A DNA stretch of 64,000 nucleotides from an uncultured archaeon (GCA_963782915.1 CAWALK010000012.1:389169-453168); one strand, 5' to 3'; positions 43,140-53,661 are shown, counted from the stretch's first letter. Translations and numbers: made by a program. The notes: a model not told the origin generated them from the letters alone.

Positions 43140-44414
43140 CTAGCTGGTTTGAAGATTATACAGCTCTGTTAAGGCTGATTTCTTCACTACAAACTCAACA
43201 TCGCCCCTAGCAATCACACCAAAAGCATGCATTGCGACTTGTTTGTAGAATTCGCAGTAGTAGCTTTTCTGCAGCATCTTGGGATCTGCACTGTACATTT
43301 CTGCTGGGCATGGGGAACCGCACATGTTACGGAAAGTGCAGGCTCTGCATTCTGGTATGTCATCGACTGTTCGTTTGGTTACTTTTAGGAAATTCTTTGA
43401 TGCCCCAATATCCTCGATGCTGTTGTAAAAGATGTTTCCGCCGTTGAAATCTTCCATGCCGATGAATTCACCGCAGGGGTAAGCGTTGCCGTTTGCTGCT
43501 ACAGCGAAGTATCTTCTGCCTCCGCCGCAGGGTGAAATATCACACATCATAACTCTTGCTGAAGGAGCAATTATTCCCAGTAGGATGTTGGCGAAGTCTG
43601 CGACGACTATGCGTTTGCCTTCTTTGGTTAAGCGTATGGCTTCTTCTGTGGCACTGATAAATGCCGCCGCTGCTACTGCCGGGTCAGGTCGCAGGGCATG
43701 AGCGCTTTGTTGTGTGCCTCGTACGGGATTCATGAGGCATAACGTAACACCTTTGCTTTGTAGCAACCGCACCATATCTGTGAGTTGCCCAACATTATAG
43801 GTGGTCATGGTGGTTACAACGTTCAAGCCCCTGTAACCTTTGAACCATTCAAGCGCCTTCATTATTTGCTTGTATTGCCCTGGTCCGCGTAGGAAATCGT
43901 TGATTTCCTCGACCGGTGAATCTAGTGAGATGCCGATGTTGACTTTGTATTCTTTTATGAAATCAGCATCAGCTTCTGTTAATGCTAACCCGTTAGTTTG
44001 CAGCCCAAAAAACACGTCGTTGTGGTATTCTTTTATGATTCGGAAAAGGTTATCCTTGTTAAGCAATGGCTCTGTTCCGTGAAAGATTACTGAGCCTTTT
44101 CTTTTTTGGCTTTTGAAGAACTCGGCGGCTTTCTCGACGATGGCTTTGAGTTCTTGGTAAGTCATATTTTTGCCTCTGCTCTTAACCTCTTTTGGCAGGT
44201 AGCAGTATGGGCAGTTGGCGTTGCACATGTCCGTTGGGTTAACGTAGAAGAGGATTAACTCGGTGCTGTAGCGGAGTTCCTTCATTTCAGCGACTAATTT
44301 TGTTTGCATTTGGCTGTAGAGTTCCTCAAGTTTTGTTGCGTCGCCTGTGCCCCAGAAGTTTGTTTCTGGTTCAATTTTGAATTCTGTCCCGTTAACGGTT
44401 AACTTGTCAAACAT
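43140..44414 (-). CDS. Peptide-modifying radical SAM/SPASM enzyme (CbpB / Mhun_1560-like)
   Basis: CNANCPYC, FHGTEPL, SPASM domain CDISPCGGGRRY..YPCGEF..CRAC...CGSPCPAE..YC. Confidence 0.85.
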   Translation of the reverse strand: MFDKLTVNGTEFKIEPETNFWGTGDATKLEELYSQMQTKLVAEMKELRYSTELILFYVNPTDMCNANCPYCYLPKEVKSRGKNMTYQELKAIVEKAAEFFKSQKRKGSVIFHGTEPLLNKDNLFRIIKEYHNDVFFGLQTNGLALTEADADFIKEYKVNIGISLDSPVEEINDFLRGPGQYKQIMKALEWFKGYRGLNVVTTMTTYNVGQLTDMVRLLQSKGVTLCLMNPVRGTQQSAHALRPDPAVAAAAFISATEEAIRLTKEGKRIVVADFANILLGIIAPSARVMMCDISPCGGGRRYFAVAANGNAYPCGEFIGMEDFNGGNIFYNSIEDIGASKNFLKVTKRTVDDIPECRACTFRNMCGSPCPAEMYSADPKMLQKSYYCEFYKQVAMHAFGVIARGDVEFVVKKSALTELYNLQTS

Positions 44415-44437
44415 GAATGTAAAGCTCCAAAAAAAGT

Positions 44438-44548
44438 TTAGAAGGGAGACTCATCACTCTGCATTACGTAGTGAGTGAGTCCTGCCCCTTTGTATTTGCA
44501 TTCTAATCTGTAGCTTATTCCTTGCATGGTTTTTGTTGCTTTTTCCAT
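44438..44548 (-). CDS. 36-aa RiPP-like precursor peptide (CbpA-like), absent from the ORF track
   Basis: MEKATKTMQGISYRLECKYKGAGLTHYVMQSDESPF*, ending 23 nt upstream of the rSAM start; YRxxCxxxGxGL(S/T)HY core. Confidence 0.8.
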   Translation of the reverse strand: MEKATKTMQGISYRLECKYKGAGLTHYVMQSDESPF

Positions 44549-44598
44549 GTGGTTCACTGAGGTAGCTTGCTTTTGTTTTGATTTAAGCCTTGCCAACC

Positions 44599-44616
44599 GT
44601 ATTACAATTGTAATAC
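44599..44616. promoter_or_regulatory. Perfect 18-bp palindromic operator between divergent promoters
   Basis: GTATTACAATTGTAATAC. Confidence 0.6.
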
Positions 44617-44680
44617 AAAGGCGAATGCTTTTATGTAAATTCCCGTTCTAAGCACCAAAAACATTACTGGAAGAACGTTC

Positions 44681-45271
44681 ATGGTACTAAAATCTCAAAG
44701 CAAAGCAAAAGAAGTCTCAATAATGGCTATGGTAGCCGCACTCTTCGTAGTATTCTTCTATCTCTCAAAAATAATCGCGCTACCATCATTCACGTTCCTT
44801 TATCTGCCAATAATCCTGCTAGGCGTCATCCCAATATGGTTCGGTTGGGGCGGTTTAGTCGGCAGCATGATAGGCGCCTACATCGGCGGAGTCTACGTTG
44901 AAACATTACCCCTACACTTAGCTTGGGTGGAAGTCACTACAGTTTTGGTTATTTATCTCATAAACTGGCTGCTGATTCCAAGATTCGCTGCAGAAGCAAA
45001 AACCAAAAAGGGCCTCATCGTTCTGGGAAGCGTCTATGCTCTATCACTCTTCATCGGCACAGTAGCTATTCTCTGGCAATACGTCGCCGTCGGATTATTC
45101 CCCGCTGAAATCGCTTGGCCTTTCTTGCCTGGTGTCTTTGCCCTTAACTTTGTCATTGTAGTGATTGCTTGTCCCGCACTGATTAGGGCAGTTTCGCCTA
45201 GACTTCACATGTGGGGCGTATACAGCGGCAGTTTCGCTGAATGGCGTGCTAACAGAGCAACCCAAAAATAA
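44681..45271 (+). CDS. ECF-type S component-like membrane protein (QueT-like)
   Basis: N-terminal AMVAALF motif, about six TM helices. Confidence 0.55.
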   Translation: MVLKSQSKAKEVSIMAMVAALFVVFFYLSKIIALPSFTFLYLPIILLGVIPIWFGWGGLVGSMIGAYIGGVYVETLPLHLAWVEVTTVLVIYLINWLLIPRFAAEAKTKKGLIVLGSVYALSLFIGTVAILWQYVAVGLFPAEIAWPFLPGVFALNFVIVVIACPALIRAVSPRLHMWGVYSGSFAEWRANRATQK

Positions 45272-45398
45272 ACCCCTTTTTTCCTTAACCTTTTCTTTTT
45301 AGATAAAACTTCTAAACGTTAAACTGCATCTATGCTGAGTGGTTGATGGCAATACTTTTATGTTATCGCCTCCTTAAGGCACCATGAGCGGCTAAACT

Positions 45399-45947
45399 TT
45401 GAAACTACGAATACTGAAATTAACGCCCCAACAGCTCGCTGGGTTACTTCTGGGAAAAGCTGTTGCTAATGTCTCCAAATTGCCCAGTGACTTGGAAGTG
45501 TTGGATGCAAAAGTTGACTTGTTTACCGGACAGGTTTCGATAGTTGTTAGGAGCGATAGTTTTGAGCATGTTTCTGAGTCTTTGCCGATTCCGGAATTAA
45601 CTTCAATTGTCACCGCTGCCATAACCCCAACTTCAACGGTCGAAACCAAGGCTGCACAAAAGCCTGCTGTACCTGTGCACAAAGTTGAGCCTAAACCCGA
45701 AATCGGCCCCACCATAGCGAAGCCTCCAACGCCGCCCGCAAGCCGTTACGCTTCAAAAATGGAGAACGAATTCAGCCCAGACCAACGCAAACTACTCAGC
45801 TTTACTGTAAAAGATGATTGCGTTGTGGTGAAGCCTGTGTCATTCTTGAAAGAGGAATGGGACGACATAAACGAGGTTGTCCGCAGCCTACATGGCAGAT
45901 GGGTTAAAGGCAGCATTATCAGTTACTGGGAGATTCCTCTGCAGTAG
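45399..45947 (+). CDS. Hypothetical protein
   Basis: 182-aa ORF with a P/T/A linker between two small domains. Confidence 0.6.
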   Translation: MKLRILKLTPQQLAGLLLGKAVANVSKLPSDLEVLDAKVDLFTGQVSIVVRSDSFEHVSESLPIPELTSIVTAAITPTSTVETKAAQKPAVPVHKVEPKPEIGPTIAKPPTPPASRYASKMENEFSPDQRKLLSFTVKDDCVVVKPVSFLKEEWDDINEVVRSLHGRWVKGSIISYWEIPLQ

Positions 45948-46004
45948 AGTTAACGAAAATTCTTTAAACAAGAATAGCACTATTCAGAAGTTGAGTGAAG
46001 CAAG

Positions 46005-46397
46005 ATGGAGAACGATAAACCCCTTACAAGAGACGCATTAGTTTCAATGGAAGTCATCGATGCAAAAGGAAGGCTAGTTGGTAAAGTGAAGGATGTCGCG
46101 TTTGCCATCGGAAAAAACGGCATCTCACTAACAGTTGAAGGCGAAAATGGTCAAATCCAGAATGTGGCTTGGGAAGAAGTTCAAGCAGCCGCAGACTATA
46201 TCATCTTAAAACCTGTTGCTCAAGCAGTTTATCAGCAGAGTTATCAGCCACAGCAGCAAGCTGCACAGCCAGTTCAAGCCGCTCAGCCAGTCCAGCAAGC
46301 TCAGTCGCAGCCGCTTTGCCCAACATGCGGGAAGCCCTTGACTTGGATTCCTCAGTATCAGCGTTGGTACTGTTATAACGACAAAAAATACGCTTAA
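46005..46397 (+). CDS. PRC-barrel protein with Gln-rich linker and C-terminal zinc ribbon
   Basis: VIDAKGRLVGKVKDV; CPTCGKPLTWIPQYQRWYC. Confidence 0.75.
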   Translation: MENDKPLTRDALVSMEVIDAKGRLVGKVKDVAFAIGKNGISLTVEGENGQIQNVAWEEVQAAADYIILKPVAQAVYQQSYQPQQQAAQPVQAAQPVQQAQSQPLCPTCGKPLTWIPQYQRWYCYNDKKYA

Positions 46398-46730
46398 ACC
46401 CTATTTTCAAATTTTAAATATTTTTTCTTTATCTTTTATTTAACCGATTGAAAATGGGTGTTAGTTCTTTTTTTATCGTTTTTTGGGTTTAGCCCTTTTT
46501 TCTATAGTTGTTGTTGCCGAAAACCCCCTATACACTACAACAACCAGCAGCTTGTGCAGAAGGTTGTGTTTTGGTGTAGGATTGCGGAGCAGGTTGTAGG
46601 TTGGTTGTGGAATAAATGGCAAGCAGAGCGGAAAAAAATTTAATCTGAATTTTATAGACTCTGCCCAAATAGTGACTGCATAATTAGTTTCAGATTACTT
46701 GTTAAAAATTGACCCTAAAAGAAAGAAGGT

Positions 46731-47354
46731 TTAGTTTTCAAGCGGCTTCTCAACTATGGTAACTGAGCCGTTCTTGCCCAGTCGTAGTTGCCGTTCACCC
46801 TTAAACATTGCAACATGCGCATTCTTGACTTCAACGTGATCGCCCACGTGGACGGTGTTAACTTGTTGGTCCCAGAGGCATAATAGGATTTTTCCGGTAT
46901 CATCTTGAATTACTGCGTTTGAGACTACTGCGTTGTCGCGGAATTGTGTGTGGACTTTTGATGGCTCTGCAACTTCGGTTACTTGTGCGGTAACATTGAT
47001 TTTTTTCATGCCGACCCGCAGATCCTCGACTTTGAGATGTGAGGGTGCAGGGTTTTGTCTGGCTATTTCTTTTTTTACTCTACCTGTATCCATAGAGTTG
47101 TCAAAGGATACGTCTGTTCTGGTTAGTGTTTCTTCTGGGACGCGGAATTGAGCGATTACTTTTGCGTCTTTTGTTATCAAGAATATGGCTTGATTGTTTA
47201 CGCTGCCACGGTACTCTATTGTTAAGTCGCCAACCGATTTTTTGCCTTCATCTTTGGATAGCACTAAGGCTGAGAAGAGCTCGGTTGGGTAAACGTCATG
47301 CTGCGCTGAGATAAACGCTAGCTGATCTTCTAGGGTTGGCTTTTTCGGTTTCAT
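46731..47354 (-). CDS. OB-fold single-stranded DNA-binding (SSB/RPA-like) protein with N-terminal extension
   Basis: KVEDLRVGMKKINV..IQDDTGKILLCLWD..VKNAHV..FKGERQLRLGKNG. Confidence 0.8.
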   Translation of the reverse strand: MKPKKPTLEDQLAFISAQHDVYPTELFSALVLSKDEGKKSVGDLTIEYRGSVNNQAIFLITKDAKVIAQFRVPEETLTRTDVSFDNSMDTGRVKKEIARQNPAPSHLKVEDLRVGMKKINVTAQVTEVAEPSKVHTQFRDNAVVSNAVIQDDTGKILLCLWDQQVNTVHVGDHVEVKNAHVAMFKGERQLRLGKNGSVTIVEKPLEN

Positions 47355-47627
47355 CTTTCATTATCTCCCCCAATTTTATATGTGGCGAATTATCTTGAAA
47401 AAAGCAAATTGGTAAGTTAGAAATTACCTTTTTCTTGATGAAATTCTGCAGTTCTTAATATTAACGCGTTACCTATATAGGTCTAACTGTGTTATAATCC
47501 ATTTTCCTTGGAGAACTTGCACTGTTTGGGTAAGCTGTCCAAAAGCGTGCGGGTTTTCCAAAAAGCACAAATCACTGTTCCCCAGTATCTTCTGTAGTTT
47601 CTAACCCTTTTTTGGTGCAACCAGCAA

Positions 47628-48512
47628 ATGATTGAAGACCTCAAAGAACTAACTAAAGTTAAACTAAAAAACCTCGACAAATGCTTCTACCCCGACGCCG
47701 ACGTAACCAAAGGACAAGTCGTCGAATACTACATCAAAATGGCACCCAAAATCTTGCCAATCATAGCCAACCGCCCCCTCGTCCTAACACGGTATCCTGA
47801 TGGCATAAAAGACGCTAAACTGGGCAAAACCAGCTTCTTCGAAAAAAACGCGCCAGAAAGCACCCCAGAGTGGGTTAAGTTACAAACGATTTATTCTCCC
47901 ACTTCAAAACGGGATGTACGCTACATAGTTTGCAATGACCTTGACACCCTGATATGGTTGGCGAATATGGCGGCGCTGGAAATCCACATGCCTTTCTCCA
48001 CCGTAGACGATTTGGATAAGCCTGACTTGCTGTTCTTTGACGTTGACCCTGAACCGCCCGCAACACTAAGCGACGCAGCAGAGGTGGCACTTCTGCTTAA
48101 GGATAAACTGTGCGATATGGGGTTGACGCCTTTCGTGAAAACCTCGGGCAAAAAAGGCTTACACGTCGTGATACCGATTGAGCCGCAGCCTAGCTTTGAG
48201 GAAGTCCGTGGTTTTGTGCATAAAGTCGGCATCGAATTAGCCAAAGAAAGCAGCATAGTCGTCTCCGAATTCAAGGACACCAAGAAACCCGGCAAAGTCT
48301 TCGCTGATTACCTCCAAAACTCGCCCATGCGCACCATGGTTATCCCCTACAGCCTCCGTCCCACCCCGGAAGCCACCGTGTCAACGCCTCTTGAATGGAG
48401 TGAAGTTAAGAAAGGATTAAACCCCAGTGACTACACCATTTTTAGTGTGCCCAAGCGGGTTGTGAATCCGTGGCGGGACATTTTCGGGTATAGATGTCAC
48501 TTGGAGATTTGA
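47628..48512 (+). CDS. NHEJ polymerase/primase domain (LigD-Pol)
   Basis: NLDKCFYP, RYPDG, FFEK, FDVDP, KTSGKKGLHV, DYLQN, PYSLR, VSTPLEW. Confidence 0.92.
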   Translation: MIEDLKELTKVKLKNLDKCFYPDADVTKGQVVEYYIKMAPKILPIIANRPLVLTRYPDGIKDAKLGKTSFFEKNAPESTPEWVKLQTIYSPTSKRDVRYIVCNDLDTLIWLANMAALEIHMPFSTVDDLDKPDLLFFDVDPEPPATLSDAAEVALLLKDKLCDMGLTPFVKTSGKKGLHVVIPIEPQPSFEEVRGFVHKVGIELAKESSIVVSEFKDTKKPGKVFADYLQNSPMRTMVIPYSLRPTPEATVSTPLEWSEVKKGLNPSDYTIFSVPKRVVNPWRDIFGYRCHLEI

Positions 48513-48569
48513 TTATGGAACAAGAAAACGAATCGGAGAGTGTAGAGCAACCTCAAACGGAGAAAGCCA

Positions 48570-49352
48570 GTGCGCCGGCGCCTAGTCAGCTCGATTTGGT
48601 CTGGCTCTATCACGATTGGCTTGGTTAATGTGCCAGTGAAGTTGTATTCGATGGTTTACGATAAGGGTATTGCTTTTCATTTTTTGCATAAGACTGATGG
48701 GCAACCTGTGAAGTATGTGAAGGTTTGTACTAAAGAGGACAAAATTATTCCCTGGAACGAAGTTGTCCGTGGCTATGAAGTCGCCAAGAATGAGTACATA
48801 ACTTTTGAGAAGCAGGAACTCGATGCCGTGCGCCCGGAATCGGATAAACGCATCCGCATCAGCAAATTCGTCGATTACTTCTCAGTTGACCCCATCTACT
48901 TCGACCGCACCTACGCATTGCTGCCCGATAAAAGCAAAGAAGCCTACAGCTTGCTGCTAAAAGCTTTGGAGCGCACCAACAAAGCCGGCGCTGGACGCAT
49001 CACCTTGCGCACCAAAGAGTACCCTGCGTTGCTGCACACCTACAAAGGCGCCATGGTCATAACAACACTACGCTATGCCTACGACGTCGTTGACCCGCAG
49101 GACTTCGAAAAACTCCACAAACTCGGCGAACCCGAAAAAGCCGAATTAGACATGGCAGTCAAAATCGTCTCTGACCTATCAGGCGAATTCGACATAACCG
49201 AATTCAAAGACACCTACATGCAAAAAGTCCAAGAACTGGTAAACCAAAAAATCAAGGGCGAAAAAATCACAGTCGAAAAACAGCCCGAAGAGGAAGCTAA
49301 AGGACTCATGGTTGCCCTGCGCGAGACGCTCAAGCAGCTGGAACAGAAATGA
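48570..49352 (+). CDS. ku: NHEJ Ku protein
   Basis: SIWSGSITIGLVNVPVKLY, VDPIYFDRTY, LMVALRETL. Confidence 0.93.
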   Translation: MRRRLVSSIWSGSITIGLVNVPVKLYSMVYDKGIAFHFLHKTDGQPVKYVKVCTKEDKIIPWNEVVRGYEVAKNEYITFEKQELDAVRPESDKRIRISKFVDYFSVDPIYFDRTYALLPDKSKEAYSLLLKALERTNKAGAGRITLRTKEYPALLHTYKGAMVITTLRYAYDVVDPQDFEKLHKLGEPEKAELDMAVKIVSDLSGEFDITEFKDTYMQKVQELVNQKIKGEKITVEKQPEEEAKGLMVALRETLKQLEQK

Positions 49353-50824
49353 GCCGCAGCCACTACTACAAACCCATGCTTGCATTAGCAGCTAAAGAAG
49401 CCTTCACTAATAAAGATTGGATTTTCGAGATCAAATGGGACGGTTTCCGCGCAATCGCCTATGTTGAGGAACCGTTTAGTCTGCGGAGCCGCAACGGCAA
49501 AGAACTCAAAGCGAATTTTCCTGAACTCCAGCAATTAACTGGTTTAGCCAAAAATATCGTCGTAGACGGCGAAATCGTCGTCATGCAAGAAGGCACACCC
49601 GACTTCCAAACCCTGCTCAAACGAGGTCAAGCGGTCTCAGAGGGAGAAATAAAACGCCAAGCCCAACGTGCACCCGCCATCTACATCGTCTTTGACATCC
49701 TCGAAAAAGACGGCAAACCCCTCAATAAGGTGCCCTTGATGGAGCGCAAAGCAATCCTCAAAGACTCCCTCAAAGAAGGCACCAACGTTTTGCTCTGCGA
49801 CTACATTGAGGAGAAGGGCGAAGCCTACTTCGGGTTGGTGTTGGAGAAGGGTTTAGAGGGAGTTGTAGCTAAGAAAAAAGATGGTTGTTATGAGGAAGGT
49901 TTGCGGACTGGGAGTTGGTTAAAAATTAAGAAGCTGAAAACTTGTGACTGCATAATTTTCGGTTACACCCAGAGGCGAAAATGTTCGAGCGGAAACTTTT
50001 GGTGCACTGCTTCTGGGGCTTTATGATGAGGATAAAAAGCCCGTTTATGTTGGCAAAGTCGGTACTGGCTTCACCGAGGATATGCTTAGGCTTTTAATGG
50101 ATAAATTCGAGAAGATAACTACAGATGAAGCCCCGTTTAGGGCTGAGAGCGGCGACAACGTAACTTGGCTAAAACCCCAAGCTCGTCTGTGAAGTAGCGT
50201 TTCAAGTAGTAACTAGGGATGGGAGATTGAGAATGGCACGTTTCAAACGTTTAAGAGATGACAAACCCCCCGAACAATGCACAATAGACCAGTTAACGCA
50301 GGTCAAACCGCAAACCGAAGTTCCAGTGGAGACTTTGAACCCAAAAAAAGCTGAATCACCCGCCAGACGCGAAACTCTCGGAATATGCTTCTAAACGCAA
50401 TTTCCAAGCAACCCCCGAACCCGCAGGCGGAACAGAAAACAAAGAACCCCTCATCTACGTCATCCAAGAACACCACGCCCGAGCACTCCACTATGACCTC
50501 CGCCTCGAAAAAGACGGCGTGCTCAAAAGCTGGGCCGTACCCAAAGGCGTCCCCGAAACCACCAATGTACGCCACCTCGCCGTCGAAACCGAAGACCACC
50601 CCTATGACTATGCCAGTTTCGAAGGAACCATCCCAAAGGGGCAATATGGCGCTGGAACCGTTAAAATCTGGGACAAAGGCCACTACGAGACGAAGCTGTG
50701 GGAGAACGACAAAATCGAGGTCACCCTAAACGGCGAACGGCTGCATGGGCGCTATGTGTTGGTGCGGCTTAAGAAGTCTGAGAAACAGAACGATTGGTTG
50801 CTGCTCAAGGGCAAAGAGACATGA
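49349..50824 (+). CDS. ligD: LigD ATP-dependent ligase, probably fused to the 3'-phosphoesterase (PE) domain; frameshifted
   Basis: KPMLA, EIKWDGFR, DGEIV, FDIL, EGVVAK, WLKIK, YVGKVGTGF; PE motifs EYASKRNF..TPEP, QEHHARALHYDLRLE, SWAVPKG, AVETEDHP. Confidence 0.85.
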
Positions 50825-51570
50825 GTAAGCTGCATTTGGGTACGATTGGCTGGAGCTACGATTTCTGGAAAGGACCGTTTTATCCAGCTAAAACGGCTTC
50901 TAAAAACTTCTTAGCGTACTATTCGTCGCAATTCAATACAGTGGAGGTAGACAGCACATTCTATCGTATGCCATCCGCGCAGACGGTTGAGAACTGGCGA
51001 CTGCAAACGCCCGAGGGCTTCATGTTTTCACTGAAATTTTCGCAGTTGATAACGCATGTTAAAGCCCTCAGGGATTGCCAGCGTGAAACAGCTGCTTTTC
51101 TTGAGCGTGCCGAGTTGCTTGGTGAAAAGCTGGGTCCAATGCTGCTCCAGTTCCCGCCAACCTTCACCGCTGCCCGCTTTGCAGATTTGGCTGAGTATCT
51201 AAAGCAGTTGCCCAAGCATCACCGCTACGTGGTTGAGGTCCGCCATAAAAGCTGGTTAACCCCCGAATTCTACGGTCTGCTGCGGGAAAACGGGGTGGCT
51301 TTGGCATGGGCAGAGACCGCTCATAAGCCGGAAACCAGCGAAGTAACCGCCGATTTTCTCTATATGCGCTGGGAAGGTGACCGTAAAGCCGTTAATGGTT
51401 TGTTGGGCAAGATTGAGGTTGATCGAAAAGTGGATTTGCAGGCATGGGCAGATAAACTCAAGCCTTACTTTGGCAAAGGTACAGAGGTTTTTGGGTATTT
51501 TGGCAAGTATTATTCTGGATACCCACCGTTGGACGTAGAATTCCTTTCAAGTTTATTCGTTGGTCCGTAA
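50821..51570 (+). CDS. DUF72 family protein
   Basis: GTIGWSY, FNTVEVDSTFY, LLQFPP, VEVRH, YMRWEG. Confidence 0.88.
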   Translation: MSKLHLGTIGWSYDFWKGPFYPAKTASKNFLAYYSSQFNTVEVDSTFYRMPSAQTVENWRLQTPEGFMFSLKFSQLITHVKALRDCQRETAAFLERAELLGEKLGPMLLQFPPTFTAARFADLAEYLKQLPKHHRYVVEVRHKSWLTPEFYGLLRENGVALAWAETAHKPETSEVTADFLYMRWEGDRKAVNGLLGKIEVDRKVDLQAWADKLKPYFGKGTEVFGYFGKYYSGYPPLDVEFLSSLFVGP

Positions 51571-51615
51571 ACATTTAAGTGTATTGTAAACATTGTTTTT
51601 TAAACAGGGAAACGG

Positions 51616-51924
51616 ATGACAGAAATAATCTCTACTCGCGTGTCGGAAAGCATGGCTAAAGACCTCGAAGAGATCGAAAAAGAAGAAAAGACCGACCGTG
51701 CAACCGTAGTCCGAAAACTCTTAGCGCAGGCAATAGACGAACGGAAACTTGAAAAAGCGTTGGCTCTTTACAGCGAGGGAAAAATAACGCTTTGGAAAGC
51801 TGCAAAAATCGCAGGTTTATCTCTCTGGGAAATGATGGAAACAACAAAACAAAGAAAAGTTCTTCTACAGTACACCCATGAAGATTTTTGCAGTGACTTC
51901 GAAGATGCTTTGAAGGAAAAATAA
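51616..51924 (+). CDS. UPF0175-like antitoxin (RHH + HTH)
   Basis: ISTRV..DRATVVRKLL..YSEGKITLWKAAKIAG. Confidence 0.8.
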   Translation: MTEIISTRVSESMAKDLEEIEKEEKTDRATVVRKLLAQAIDERKLEKALALYSEGKITLWKAAKIAGLSLWEMMETTKQRKVLLQYTHEDFCSDFEDALKEK

Positions 51925-52457
51925 TGAGCAAGCCGTTAATCTTCGACTCAACTCCTCTAATCCATCTTACCAAGGCATCGTTATCCAAATTTTTCAGCGA
52001 TATTCCAACGGAAAAATTCACAACACAAAAAGTATTCAATGAAGTAGTCCAAGAAGGCCAAAAAAAGGGTGCGCCTGAAGCATCACTATTAGAACGCTTG
52101 TTTAGGGAGAAGACAATTAGCGTACGCAACTCTTCATCAAAGGACTACTTGAAATTCATTAAAGAACTGGCCTCAGAGAGTGAAAAACATCCGCTGCACG
52201 AAGCGGAAGCTGAGGTTCTGTGTCTAGCTAAAGAGTTAGACGGCATCGTTATAGCAGACGACAAAGCTGTGCGCTTAGTCGGAGCTCTTTTGGAAATTGA
52301 AGTTCACGGTACAGGGTACATTTTAGGCAAGTTGTATGCAGCAAAGAGATTGGGTAAAGCTGAGTTAATTGAAAAAGTGAACCAAATGCGTGATTGCGGT
52401 TGGCATGTTTCATCTGAGGATTATTTTAAAATTACAGAGTACTTGAAGAGTCTTTAG
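51924..52457 (+). CDS. PIN-domain (DUF3368-like) toxin
   Basis: FDSTPLI, V..E, LHEAEAE, ADD, HGT; translationally coupled to the antitoxin. Confidence 0.82.
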   Translation: MSKPLIFDSTPLIHLTKASLSKFFSDIPTEKFTTQKVFNEVVQEGQKKGAPEASLLERLFREKTISVRNSSSKDYLKFIKELASESEKHPLHEAEAEVLCLAKELDGIVIADDKAVRLVGALLEIEVHGTGYILGKLYAAKRLGKAELIEKVNQMRDCGWHVSSEDYFKITEYLKSL

Positions 52458-52793
52458 TGAAATAGAGAAAAGGTACGCAAGGCAAGCACTCGATTTGTAC
52501 TTTTTACTTGCCGCCATCTGATGTTGGGACTTTGCGGAATCTGCTTATTGGCGTTTTGTGGGGTCTATTCTATTTTTCCCTTCAATTTTTGCCGCTTTTT
52601 CTTGTGTAACCACAATCCCTATAAGTAACATTAGAATATTATAATATATTGAATGATGAGTGGTTGGGTTTGGTGCCCTCCTGAAGCATGTTTTGAGCGT
52701 TCCAAAAACCGTTTCAAAACTGTTTCACGGTCGTTTCACCGAACTATCAAATCATTCGAATAGTATAATATTAACAAGAAGGAGAAAAATAAA

Positions 52794-53594
52794 ATGAAAA
52801 CCATAAAAATAGTTGGAGCAATTTCAATCTTAGCACTCATAGTTGTGAGTGCAACTTTAGCAACAGTTTTCGCCTATGGATGGGGTGCACAAACCATCTA
52901 TAGCCCCCAAGTAGGGACACCAAACCGCATGTACTCACAGGGCTCACAAGTTAACGCGCCCGTAACCCAAACTAACACACAGACCCCAACGCTCTACACG
53001 CCAAGCAGCACAAACCCACAACAATATGGCGGATGGGGCGGATGCATCACACGCCGAGGAATGATGGGCGGACTCTTCCAAACAACAACCGCTACTCCCT
53101 TAACAATAACTCAAGCAGCAGATGTAGCAAAAGCCTATGTCGTCTCACTAAACAACCCTGACTTAACAGTAAAGCAGATCGAAGAATACCAAAACAACTT
53201 CTACGTCGCAGTGACGGAGAAAAGCACAGGCAACGGCGCATTCGAACTCTTAATCAACAAAGCCACCGGCATAGTCACCCCCGAACCGGGACCAAACATG
53301 ATGTGGAACACCCAATACACCTTCGGAGCAGGATGGTGCAACTGGGTCCGAGGCACAACAACAGCCGCCCCAACCGTAACCGCTGACCAAGCCAAAATCG
53401 ATGCTCAGCAATACCTTGACAGCTACATACAAGGCACAACAGTGGGCGATGTCACAGCCTTCCATGGCTACTACACCGTAGAAATCCTAAGCAACGGCAC
53501 ACCATATGGCATGCTAAGCGTTAACGGCGTCACTGGCCAAGTTTGGTTCCATGCATGGCATGGCGCGTTTGTGCAAGAGCAAACCGTTAGCTAA
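52794..53594 (+). CDS. Secreted PepSY-like domain protein
   Basis: Signal peptide, GMMGG linker, AFELLI..PEPGPNMMWN, MLSVNG.TGQVW.H.WHG. Confidence 0.7.
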   Translation: MKTIKIVGAISILALIVVSATLATVFAYGWGAQTIYSPQVGTPNRMYSQGSQVNAPVTQTNTQTPTLYTPSSTNPQQYGGWGGCITRRGMMGGLFQTTTATPLTITQAADVAKAYVVSLNNPDLTVKQIEEYQNNFYVAVTEKSTGNGAFELLINKATGIVTPEPGPNMMWNTQYTFGAGWCNWVRGTTTAAPTVTADQAKIDAQQYLDSYIQGTTVGDVTAFHGYYTVEILSNGTPYGMLSVNGVTGQVWFHAWHGAFVQEQTVS

Positions 53595-53661
53595 AAGGTT
53601 GAAAATCAATGAACCAATCTTTTTCTTTTTTCTTATTTATCTATAAAAACTTAAAAGAGTG

